Shown here one piece after another: positions 37,452 to 49,601 of a stretch of DNA of 64,000 nucleotides. The notes beneath the pieces are model-generated. The model did no database searches and was not told the origin of the DNA. It saw nothing but the letters and a program-made list of their open reading frames with translations. The first letter of the stretch is position 1; the number at the start of each line of letters is the position of its first letter. The translations under genes and the position numbers were made by a program. Source of the DNA: Octopus vulgaris (lineage: Eukaryota); the NCBI GenBank assembly GCA_951406725.2, contig OX597824.1, positions 53,692,001 to 53,756,000 on the forward strand, written 5' to 3'.

Positions 37452-39690
37452 CTATTTAAAATATTTTAGAGTTTTGATTTTTGAATGAATGCAAGACATA
37501 TCTAACTCTATACGGTTATTCAATAGGTTTTTATTTTTTCTATGCTTTAGAATTTCATTTGTCTCCATGGAGCAGAGTTGGCAACCTACCCTATTATTTT
37601 TATAAGGCATTGCCTTTCTAACTATTTCCCATTTTAGGTTATATTTAATATTATTAGTTTTGAGTTCCCAGATCTTACTGGAAAGTGTGGTACAGCCAGC
37701 TTTATGACATAACTTAAAGGAGGAAAGATGATTGCTAATTCTTTGCTTAAATTTTATAGTACAACCCAGATAAAAAAATTTGCTATTCGCAGTAGTTATA
37801 GTACATTTATAGATTACATTATGGGCCCCACACAGACCAGGGCATTTTGACTTAATCCTACAATTGCAACTAGGGGGATAATTTTCAGATTTAGAATTAT
37901 TTAAGGATAGATCTCTCATATTGCTGCTATTCAAATTATTATGAGTGTTATTTTCGTTATTATAGATAATATTGTTATCTGAAGTTGTGTTACCATTTAT
38001 CGATCCGTTTATACTATCATTTAGATCTACTATAGCGATATCATAATTATCAACATTATTGGTATTGCTATTATTATTGTTTGTATTAATATCCGAATGC
38101 TTATTACTGCTATAGATATCATTGTTATCTTCATTCCCGATATTATTTCCATTTGTATTGCTCATATTATTATCATTATTATTATTCCTATTAATATCAA
38201 TATCATTATTAGTTATTCCATTGCTGTTGATGCTGCACTTATTTTGATAATTATTATTATTGTTGTTATTTTTATTTTTATCTATGATAATATTATTACA
38301 ATTATTATTGGTATTCATGTTGGTATTAGTCTTATTATTCCTGACTAACTTAATGTTTTTATTATTAATTCTAGCTATTATAGTGGATATATTTGGGAGG
38401 GTTGAGTAAGAAATCCTAACCGTTCTCTTAGAAATTATTCTATGATACTTATGAGAGGCTGGAAATTTTTTTTCTAATATTACTTTGAATTTGCCGCATA
38501 TATCGAGCAGTTAAAAGGAATATTCAACCAGATTATATCTTCCTTATTATATTTTCTTAAATTAGAGTTAGAGTTAGTTGAATAATTTTTGATCCCACCA
38601 TAATCATTATTCTTATTACTATTATTTGTATGCTTTTTAGATTTATCTAAATTAGTTTTATCAAAATTACCTATGCTCTGGTCTATATTTTTATTCTTAT
38701 GATTTGATTTGGACGCTGGGTTTGTTGCTACCGTAAATCTATTTTTATTTTTATTATTATTATTACGGGCACGATCTATATTTTTGTTTACGTAGTTAAT
38801 GTTCACCCCATTATTAGGAATATATAAGCTCGCCTTGTCAATAAAGGTAATCTCTTGGTTATATCCTGCTTTAGATAATGCTATATTATAATGCTTAGAG
38901 TGAGAGTTAAATATATCATTATTAGATGACAATTTGGAAATTCTTAAGGAAATATTTCTAATCAAAGATTTTATTATATTTGGGGGATGATTAGATAATT
39001 TATTTACGTATCTAGTGATTTCACCTTCCTTTCTAAATAGGTAATGCAGCTTAGAGTTAAGGTCTAATGTAATATCCAGGAAATTGACTATCTTAGTGCC
39101 AGGTTCATAGGTTATGCTAAGGTTAAAATCTTTAAAGAACCTGTTAATTTTCTTTCTAATCCGTTCAATGCTAGATTTATTATTACTAGGAATAACAAAC
39201 AGAGCATCATCCCTATATAGACCACCTTGTAATTCTGGGATTTCCCTTTTTATGCACTTTAATAGATATGCACCTACCAAATTAGTTATCTCAGCCGAAT
39301 CACTAGAACCTATAGGTATATCAAAATTGTTAGGGGTATCTGCTCTAGTCCATAATTTTCCTTCAAATTCTATAATAGTTTTCCTAGCTAATAGTACTAT
39401 GTCGATTTCTTCTCTAGATATGAGGGAGCGATTCATGGCAAAAATAAGCGATTTATTTAGCAAAATGGGGGAAATGCTAGAATAATAATTATTGATATCA
39501 AATTGAATAAAAGATAGACAACTAGTGTTAGCTAGAGAATTGAACCATATTAATACTTCATCAGTATTTAGCCATAGACTTAAGGGAAGGATCCGGGTTA
39601 TTTGGGGTAAAACAGTATCCAAGATAGATTTACTAAGTCGGCCAACGTCTGACTTAGTTGGACAAATAAGCCTTACCGAAGGGTTTTCCA
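37452..39690 (-). pseudogene. PLE RT-GIY-YIG ORF, one frameshift near 38490
   Basis: VRLICP, FIQFDINNYY, FDIPIGSSDSAE, GGLYRDD, VNFLDITLDL; poly-Asn; CNCR..CP, NVIYKC...FYLGCT..FKQRISNH, CQLC, CIH. Confidence 0.9.
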
Positions 39691-40006
39691 TTTGTATTTG
39701 CAGCTTCAAATAAAATTGTTCTTAGTATGAAACAATTGTACTAAACTACTAATCCATTCTTGTTGCTTTTTTCTTGGTTACATATATGTATGTATACACA
39801 CTTTACCTGTACACACATCCAGCACTCTCTCCTCTGAACCACTTCTATATATACACACATTTATGAGGTTGTTTTGCAAGATTCCTGATGTGAAATCATG
39901 TTGAAACAGATATTAATATATTTTGGAATGGTCATTTTTTTCCTGCCAAATAAACACATGCACTATATATTTATTCGTCACTCATTTATTAGTGTTCTTA
40001 TTTCAT

Positions 40007-40408
40007 CTTACTCTTTTACTTGTTTCAGTCATTTGACTGTGGCCATGCTGGAGCACCGTCTTTAGTCGAGCAAATCGACCCCGGGACTTATTCTTTGTAA
40101 GCCCAGTACTTATTCTATCGGTCTCTTTTGCCGAACCGCTAAGTGACGGTGACGTAAACACACCAGCATCGGTTGTCAAGCAATGCTAGAGGGACAAACA
40201 CAGACACACAAACATATACACATACATACATATATATATATATACGACAGACTTCTTTCAGTTTCCGTCTACCAAATCCACTCACAAGGCTTTGGTCAGC
40301 CCGAGGCTATAGCAGAAGACACTTGCCCAAGATGCCACGCAGTGGAACTGAACCCGGAACCATGTGGTTAGTTAGCAAGCTACTTACCACAGCCACTCCT
40401 GCGCCTAT
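40007..40408 (-). mobile_element. Full-length tRNA-derived SINE
   Basis: Minus strand begins GGCGCAGGAGTGGCTGTGGTAAG (A-box), B-box GGTTCAGTTCC, ends GAAACAAGTAAAAGAGTAAG. Confidence 0.85.
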
Positions 40409-40519
40409 ACGTACATTGTCTGGAAATCTTTTGTCACACACCTGTGACGACCTTTTCAGTAACTCTTCCATCCCATGTGTGTCCTCTGACTTCTAGACAA
40501 TGGACATAAGATGAAATGT

Positions 40520-43185
40520 GAACAATAATAAACAAAGGGAAATTACTGTGTGACTGACCGCTATTAGAATGACCGCTAAGTGAGGGAGAAGGAGTAAAGG
40601 TAAGGGAGTAAAAATGGTCATAGTATTCGCATAAGTGCGCATGTCTATACATACACATGCACGCCTGCACACTCACGTACATGTGCCTATATATATATAC
40701 TCATCTACCCTCACTTGAAACACACACATGCTCACCCACACATTTGCCAAAAAATATATACATACCCGCGTACACGCTCACACACATGCACACAAAAAAG
40801 GTTCATATACACGTCTATATACGCACATGCACAAGAAAAAACAGGGCTAAAGGCAAAATACAGAAAAATGTGTAAAAAATAAGCAATAAGAGTAAAACAC
40901 GTCTATATACGCACATACCCGCACACATCCATATAGGCACACACATACACATGCACAAGAAAGGTTCACACGTCTATATACGCACATACTCTCATGTAAG
41001 CACATACCCGCATACATCCATATACCCGTCTATATACACACAGGAAAAATGCAGGATGGAAGGTAGAATACAGAAAAAAACATGTGTAAAAAATATATGA
41101 GCAATACACCTATAAAACAATATCTCTATAAATATATATAAAATATATAAGAAATATAAGTAAAAAGTATAGAGAGATAAAAAGCTTGTACATGGACATA
41201 ATATAGAAAGCAAGTCCTATCTGTGATCTTAGAGGGATCAAAAATGTAACAAACATTTAGCCACATATGGACATGATCCAAAAAGTTCAGTTCTTGAATT
41301 CAGACATGTGGTGGGGGTCTAAGCTGCTTTTCCAGATGAGCCATCTTTCCATATCACAAAGAGCGCACTTTCCACTGCCGTTGGTGTAGGGCTTACACTT
41401 GGCTAAGATCTTCCAATGGATGTTGTAACTGACACCTTATCTTTTAAAGACTATATATGACTGGATAATTTGGTCGTTTTCCTTTTATCCTAGTGCCTGA
41501 AGCTCAAGGTGTGATTATTGAACCTGGCCTTGAAATTACCCTCTGTAAGGCCCACGTATTTCTTCGTCGAAACCGTGTCCTTATTGGATATAGAGTCCAC
41601 GGTGGCTTCATAAATGATGGTCTCAGACATGCAAGTTCCATTTAGTGGGCACAAATTTTTACCCCTGCATGAACAGTTGGTTTTATATTGTGGTTTTTGT
41701 GTGTCATGTGCGATTATATTTTTAAAATTAGTAGTTGAGCTGAAACTGATTTTTAAGTTATGTCTATTGAAGAGCTTCCTGTAACTATGGTTGACTGGAA
41801 AATGTCTATCTATCAGTGCTAAGAAATACTTGCCTATATTGATGGTCATTTCGGGTGAGTAGGGGTGTGTAAACCAGATAGTTTTCCTATTCCTATGTTT
41901 CCTCTTCTTAATTAGTGGACTGGTGGCAGGTGTATAGGTTATTTCCTCGCTAAATCCTCTATCTTTTAGAGCCTTATTATATACTGGGGCAATGCTATCA
42001 AAAATGTCCCTTTCGAAGGGGAGGCTAGAAATTCTTTTGCTAATGTTTTTTACTAAATTTTTAAACACTATGGGGGGATGGCAGGAACCCACATTAATAT
42101 AACTAAGTCTATCGTTGGGCTTCCTATAAGGCTTATAAATGTTCTTATTTAGATCTAAGGATATGTCTAGGAAATGGACAACTGTCAGGTTGGTGTCTGC
42201 AGTTATGCTAAGACCGAAATTTTTCATCAAATGGATAATGTCCTTCCAAAACCGAACCTGTGCTGGTCCATTGGTATTTGCAGTTAAGGCGAGGGCATCA
42301 TCTTTGTAAATGGCGAAGTATACGTCAGGAAAAGTCTTGCCAAATGTATCAAGTAGGAATAATCCAATAAGATCGCATATGTCTGTAGCTGAATATTTGT
42401 TACGCTTTTGGTCCCCACAAGATCACAGATAAGACTTGCTTTCTATATTGTGTCCATGTACAAGCTTTTCATCTCTCTATACTTATAGGCTTATTGCTCA
42501 TATACTTTTTACACGTTTTTTTTGTATTCTACCTTCCATCCTGCATTTTTCCTGTGCCTATATAGACGTGTATATGGAATCTTTTGCATGCACGTGTGGA
42601 TGTGTGTGCACGGGTATGTGCATATATGGGTATGTGCTTATTTTTTACACATTTTTCTGTATTTTGCCTTTAGCTCTGTTTTTTCTTGTGCATGTGCGTA
42701 TATAGAAGTGTATATGAACCTTTTTTGTGCGCGCGTGTGTGTGAGCGTGTACGTGGGTATGTATATACTTTTTGGCAAATGTGTGGGTGAGCATGTGGGT
42801 GGATGAGTATATACTTATAGGCGCATGTACATGGGCATGTGGACACACATGTGTATGTATGGACATGTGCACTTACACAAATACTATGAACATTTTTACT
42901 CCCTTACCTTTACTCCTTCCCCTCACTTAGCGGTCATTCTAATAGCTAGCTCTTTTGTCTTAATAACGGTCAATCACACAGTAATTTCCCTTTGTTTAAC
43001 GGTCATTTTCATAGCAGTTTTTCCGATGGCCCGATAGCTGAAGAGATGCCGGCGTCGGTTTCCGCCCCAATATTTGAAACTTGGAGATTTATCATGGCTA
43101 CCGAATAATTGTCACATATATTTACAGATGAATTCCTCTATTTACATAATATCGAGGTCTCTTTCATTCTTTTGTTGCCTTACCA
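40520..43185 (-). mobile_element. 5'-truncated PLE (YKDD family, same as 24.4-26.8 kb) with inverted 3' copy
   Basis: ORF 41490-42230 is similar to 24671-25681; YKDD at ~42295-42310. 42392-43000 inverts 40520-41260. Hammerhead-like GATAG-CTGAAGA...TGAAA-CTTGGAG-AT-TTATC at 43033-43093. Confidence 0.85.
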
Positions 43186-43219
43186 TTCGTTGGCGATTTT
43201 TTTCCTCTGTCTTCCCTAT

Positions 43220-43254
43220 GTTTCCGATGAAGAGCTCCGCTTGAAACGTTAAAC
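43220..43254 (+). ncRNA. Minimal hammerhead-like motif (variant)
   Basis: GTTT-CCGATGA-AGAGC-TCC-GCTT-GAAA-CG-TT-AAAC; related decayed copies at 18628-18661 and 27133-27168. Confidence 0.55.
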
Positions 43255-44149
43255 CCTCCTTCTTCCCTTCCTTCCTGAGCGTCCAATAATACTATATTTG
43301 TTCCACATCCTCGCGTTGTTGTGTTTTCATGTTTGGATTAACTTTATATATATATATATATACACACACACACATACACACTTTACCTATACACACATCC
43401 ATCACTCTCTTCTCTGAACCACTTCTATTTGTCACCCTTCACCTCTTGCTACATATCCATTTCTGCTACTTATCATCACTTTCTTCTTGTCAATAACTCT
43501 GACAAGACATGACTAACAGATCTACTGTATTAAATATAACCTGACTTTTATGTACTATACTGCATACTTTGACATACAGTGGGAAATAGTATAAGGTGCA
43601 GTGTTGCCTTTACACACGTACTTTCTCAATCATCCAGCCTATTTCCATACATTTGTTGACTTTGTTGGTGGCTACTGTGGAGGTGGATAAGCTGGAGGAA
43701 CTGATTCAAAAAATGAAAGTTGCTGTTCCTCTGTATTTATTTTTATCTGCTGCTGAAACAATTCTACCTTCCACCATTTCTAATCAACATAAATATTAAT
43801 AAAAGAGAGAAAAAAAATGAAGATAAAATTTAATAATATTTAAAATTTATATTGCTTGGCATAAAAATATTTTATTACAGTAATATAAATGTAGGTTGGA
43901 TCCATCTATTTTGTTTTTAAGAGAATCAAAACTCATTTAATTCTACTGACAAATGTAATGAAATAAATATTCTAGTTGTGTTTCATTTTTGTTTTCTACT
44001 TTGACTAGAGAAATGAATTTGTCTTGTACAACTGAGCCCAAACTTCAATTTTTTTTCTTTTTTCTGACAGATGAAGAATTAAAAATCAAAGGGAAAAATA
44101 AAATAAGAAAGTATTTATAAAAATATTTCTAGATTAAAATATTGCTTAA

Positions 44150-44360
44150 CCCTTTTGTTACCATATTTCTGTTGAGATACTCTGTGTTTCTTTCAATTAA
44201 TTTTAAATATAACAAAGAATTTAATAAAATAACTTAGTTATCATTAAGCTAGTGTTAGGAACATAAATTGTGACTAAGGTGTGGTGGTAAATTTTAATTT
44301 AGAACTTTTGGAAACAAGACAGAGCCAGAGGCAGTTTCAAGTGGGTTGGTCTCAAAAGGA
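44150..44360. mobile_element. piggyBac-type MITE
   Basis: TTAA on both flanks, CCCTTTTG...CAAAAGGA termini; second copy at 59131-59350. Confidence 0.8.
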
Positions 44361-44614
44361 TTAAAGAAATTATATGGAAATAATTTGAGAGAAAACCTCT
44401 AATAAAAAAAGTAGTTATAACATTTTTACAAACTCAACAAATACTTATGAAAGGATTGAAAATGAACATATAACCAAAGATGTATGCTACAGGGCTCTTG
44501 TTTTGTCACTCACATTTACTCAGATCTTCTGACTGATCAAATTTGAATTTAGACATTGATGAATGATGTGTGCATTGTCCGTTTGCCATTGGTTGCTATA
44601 GGTTGTTTGAATAG

Positions 44615-44799
44615 TCACTTTTCAAACCTGGATGAACATTCTCTGTGCCAGGAAGGAAGTTTCAAGTAATGAGCAACAAATACAGTCAATACATTTTTAA
44701 AGTTTGCAATAGATCTTTTATCTAGATTCCTCTCAATGTCACCTGGTTGATGCCAGATACTTGGAAATGGATATGGAATCAAATGGAGGATTTTCACAC
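44615..44799 (-). CDS. QPCT: Glutaminyl-peptide cyclotransferase (QPCT/QPCTL family), terminal coding exon
   Basis: Acceptor tttttcag|GT. GVKILHLIPYPFPSIWHQPGDIERNLDKRSIANFKNVLTVFVAHYL matches the QC C-terminus (LHLI, WH zinc ligand). Confidence 0.92.
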
Positions 44800-44859
44800 C
44801 TGAAAAACAATAAAAAAACAATATTATAAAAGAGCTGAGTCATGTGAAACAGTGAGGCA

Positions 44860-45810
44860 TTCAACACTATTGTGCAAAATCTTCCTTTACTAACTAGAGA
44901 TCCAAAAATGAACGACATCCTGAAAACACACAAACTCATCAAATGTAAAAAGCAAGACAAATTGCTAAAGAGACTACTAACAAATGCGAAGCTTTATAAA
45001 ACAACCACAAACCCAACAGTTGAAAAATGTGGACGCCCAAACTGTGGAACCTGCCCCAACCTACCTGAAGGCTCGGATTTCCTTTTCAAACAAGGACAGA
45101 GGTTCATGGTTAAAACTAGTTTCACTTGTGCCTCTTAGAACCTAATTTATGTAATAACCTGCTCGGGTTGCGGATACAACTATATTGGACAGACGAGTAT
45201 GACCTTGAGAAAGAGAACCACTCTACATAAAGAGCAAATCTGTTTCTTGCCACACAGGCAAATTCCTCTCAATGAACATATAGAAAAATGTGCAGATAGC
45301 ATCAAACCAAATTTCAGTCTTCCTCTTCTACCAGTGCAAAGACACAATCTCTCTACAAGAATGTTTAAATAAAGAAACTTTTTTCATTGAAAAATACAGA
45401 ACATGTCTTAATATGCATGCATAACCAACTTTTATCTTTTTACATATTTCAATTCACAATTACATCACTGTGCATAAATCCCCTCACTAAACAAGTTTTT
45501 CAAAACCTGTTTTTGTCTGTACATATATATTCCCCTCCCATTACCGAAAGCTGAACAGTTATCTCCCTTACCCACAACAATAACAATAATAATGATAACC
45601 AATTACCCCACCCCTTATTTTTCTACTTGTGAAGTCATTCACTCATAAATATCATCACACACGACATGGACAAAATTTCTTCGTAAGAAAATAAATATTC
45701 AAATAAGTAAAACATAATATCATGAATAGCGATAGCGAAACCGGTCGATATATTAAAAATTATATTAAAACTATGTAAAGAGTGCGTATTTTCCTTTTTT
45801 AATTTCTTTG
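44860..45810 (+). mobile_element. PLE 3' fragment (GIY-YIG) with degenerate hammerhead at 45717-45751
   Basis: CGRPNCGTC...FTCAS*NLIYVITCSGCGYNYIGQT. Motif ATATC-ATGAATA-GC-GATA-GC-GAAA-CCGG-TC-GATAT. Confidence 0.8.
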
Positions 45811-46905
45811 ATTAGAAGGTATGTATTTTTTTCTCCTTATGTTAATATTGTTACTTATGTTAATCTGGTTACTTATGGAGTGTTCTATATATCGTGTTAT
45901 GTGTAGAAATGTTGTTTTTCTTTTGAGTGTTTATGTATGTGTGAATGTGTATGTGTGTGTGTATTTGTTTGCGTAATTTATTTATCTGTATGGGTGTGGG
46001 TGTGAATATATTGTTGTATATATCGAGTTTTGTACGTATGTATATGTATGTGTGAGTGGGTATATGTATATGTTGTGGGTGTGTGTTTTACGTGTGTGTC
46101 TTTGTGTGTGAATGTATAGGTTTATGGGGATTGCTATATAGGTATTATTGTGTATGGTAAAGGGAGTTTTATCATTATATGTATATAAGGGATTCATTTA
46201 TCATGGTTGGTTTATTAATGATTTTTGGAGTAAATTCTGTCTATTTACGTTGATTAAAATATTATTCCATAATATTCCATTCATAATTTTTAAATAACGT
46301 TCGCTTACCACGCGCAATGAATTTTTTGTTTTCCTTTGAGTGTTTATGTATGTGTGAATGTGTGTGTGTGTTTGTTTGTGTAATTTATTTATCTGTATGG
46401 GTGTGGGTGTGAATATATTGGTGTATATATCGAGTTCTGTACGTATGTATATGTATGTGTGAGAGGGTATATGTATATTGTTTATGAATGTGGGTTGTAT
46501 GTGTGTGTGAGGGAGTATGAATAAGTAATGTGTTGAAGTATTTGGCTATTTTATTAATTTATCGTTGCCTAGATGTTTTTTATGTGTATGTATAGAGTTA
46601 TATATATAGGTGTGTGAGTTAGTGTATGTATTTAGATATGGTTATTTATACTTAGATATATGTGTATGAGCATGTGTGTATATATAGTTTATTTTGTTTT
46701 TTGTTTTTTTGTACATCTTTAAATATGAGAACTTTAATAATAGGTATCTTTATATTCAATTGTTTATAGGGTTTGTTTTAGATTATATGTTGATTATATT
46801 ATATATAGATTATATATAGATTATATATATTTATATTCTTTCATTGATAAATTTATATTATTTTAATTTTATATTTTAAAATATTGATATTTTTAGATCG
46901 GAAAT

Positions 46906-46949
46906 CCACCTGACGAATGTCATTTGAAGACATGAAACAATTGTAGTGG
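46906..46949 (+). ncRNA. Minimal type I hammerhead ribozyme (5' pLTR)
   Basis: CCAC-CTGACGA-ATGTC-ATTTGAA-GACAT-GAAA-CAATTG-TA-GTGG; all core nucleotides present; predicted cut after 46945. Confidence 0.88.
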
Positions 46950-47187
46950 CGATTTATTTACTTTATATTAAATTTTTTTATGTATTGATTAAGTCTTTCC
47001 TTGTTTGTTTTGCAAAATAGTGGTTTTGTCTCGAATTAATATTATATAATATTTTACTATAAAATTGGATTTATTCCTAAATCTGATTTTTTTTCCCTGT
47101 AATTTTGGATTTATTCCCTAATATTTATTATTATTTAATATATTGATAATTTTGTATATTGTGTGTAATACCTCAATTTCGTAAATT

Positions 47188-49601
47188 ATGGAATTTACAG
47201 GTAAGATAGAACCGCTATTTTGGGATTCATCTTTGAAAGATATTCCTATACCTTCTAGAAAGGAATTTATTTTGAAACTTATTAATAATGTTAAAGGTTT
47301 TATTTCTAGAATTAAATGGAAAGCTTATTACTATAATTTTTATTTATTTAATGATAATGATAGTAGGAATGATAATTTTACCTCTAAATTTAAATCTAGA
47401 AAGGAACCTCCATTTAATAAAGAATTACAATTACTAGAAGATAATATATGGAAGGTAGTAAAAAATATTGAATTCCATAAATACCCAAATAGAAATAATG
47501 AATATTTAAGAAACTTAGCAATTAGAATTAAAGATATGAGAAATATGGATGGTATTATAGTACAATCTGATAAAACTAGGAATTTATATAAATTAGATGT
47601 TAAATTATATGATAAACTCTTAGGGAAAGAAATAATTAAAAAATATAAAATTGTTCCAGATAATATACTTTATAATATTAATAAGGCCTCTAAATTAGTA
47701 ATGTTAAAATATGAATTGGATAATAAAACTGAACCTTATGTACCTTTACACCCCAGAATTACTCTTAAAGACCATAAAGATAATTTTTATTCAGACCCTA
47801 AAGTTAGATTAATTTGCCCATTTTAGATAAATATATTAATAAATTAAATAAACTTAATTATTTAAAATTATGGTTTAGTAATAACAATACATTGAAATGG
47901 TTTAATAATATTAAAGATAAAAATCGTTATAAATTTATTCAAATAGATATAGATAATTATTATTCTTCTATTAATGAAATTGTGTTTAATAAAGCCCTTA
48001 TTTTCGCAATGAATAAAGTGGGAATGTCACTTGAAGAAGTTAATGTAATTAAAATGGCTAGGAAATCGCTCATTAAATATAAAAATAAGTTATGGGCTAG
48101 GAATGATACTAGAGATTGTTTTGATATACCTATGGGAGCACCAGATTCTGCACAAGCTACTGATTTAGTAGGTATTTTTCTTTTATCTGAACTCCAATTA
48201 GAAAATCTTAAGATAGAGGGTGGTTTATATAGAGATGATCTTCTACTAATTACAAAGAATTGTACTAATAGGAATCTAGAAGTATATAAGAAAAAACTAT
48301 ATAGTTTCTTTAAAAGATATGGTTTAAGTATTACTATATATAAGGAGAATTATAATGTTAATTATTTAGATGTTAATTTTAATCTAATTACAGGTAAAAC
48401 ACAACCATTTCATAAAATTAATGAGAACCTTAGATATATAAATGTTAATAGTAATCACCCACATTCTATTAAAAAATCTTTGATTAATAATATAAGTAAA
48501 CGTATTTCATTACTCTCTTATGATATAGAGATTTTTAATAAACATGCTACTTATTATAATGAGGCCCTTAGAGGGGCTGGTTATAATAGGAATATTAAAT
48601 TTTATAATATTAAAGATAAAGATATAACTAATTATTTTCGAGATAATTATAATAATAATAATTATAATTTTGTTAGTATTAGTGGTAAAAATATTAGAAA
48701 TTATAAAAATAAAAATAAGAATAATAAAAATAAATTTAATAATAATAATAATAATATTGATAAAATTAATAATATTAATAATTCCTTAAATGCTGTACAT
48801 AGATATAATTCTGTTAATAATTTTAATAAGATAAAGAATTATAAATATAATAATTATAATAATGACAATGATAGTAATAAGGTTAATAAGAATAAAATTT
48901 GGTTAATAGTTCCTTATGGTGATCAAGTAAAAACGAATATTATCAAAGAGATTTTAGATATTATAGAACTTTTTATTAGAGATAATCGTAAATATAAAAA
49001 CATTTTCTTTAGTAATAATTTTGGAGTAGGTTATTCCACTACTAATAATGTAGGTAACATTATTTCTTCATTTAATAAATTTAAATTGAATAATTTTTAT
49101 AAAAATAAATTATTTGATAATAATAATAAAGATAAGACATATATTAATTGTACTTGTAGAGATAAATCTAAATGTAAATTAAATAATAAATGTGATATTA
49201 ACGATGTAGTGTATAAATGTATAGTTACATTACATGATAATAACTTTAAGAATAATAATTACCCAAAAGCGGTTTATATAGGGTCTACTTCCTCTAAAAT
49301 AAAATTAAGAATCGCACAACATCTGAATTCTTTTAAAAATAAAAACTTAATCAACTCCACTGGACTTAGTAAGTACATTTGGAGACTTAAATCACAAAAT
49401 ATTAATTATAGTTTAACATGGGAAATAATTTGTAAAACTAAATCATATACTATAGGAGCGAATTGTTGTTATTTATGCTCTAATGAGTTTAAAGAAATTT
49501 TATTTTATAAGTATGATAATTTACTTAATACAGGTGAAGAGTGCAAAATAAAATGCAGACATAGGTTACTTTACCTATATAATAAGTTTCATGATAAATA
49601 A
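47188..49601 (+). pseudogene. PLE ORF (N-terminal domain, RT, Asn-rich linker, GIY-YIG) split by one frameshift at ~47820
   Basis: SLKDIPIP, QSDKTRNLY, LKDHK, VRLICP | FIQIDIDNYY, FDIPMGAPDSAQ, GGLYRDD, CTCR..C, VVYKC..VYIGST..KLRIAQH, CYLC, CRH. Confidence 0.92.

Larger units (their letters stand above)
36378..39780 (-). mobile_element. 5'-truncated PLE (RT + Asn-rich linker + GIY-YIG), 3' hammerhead, short inverted pLTR at 39688-39780
   Basis: ORFs 38480-39690 and 37452-38318; 39688-39780 inverts 36486-36578. Confidence 0.9.

Noticed and set aside
39880-39930. CTGATG...GAAAC motif
   Set aside because: No A9, no stem II pairing and no UH/stem III; it is a PLE terminal tail shared with 32700-32780.
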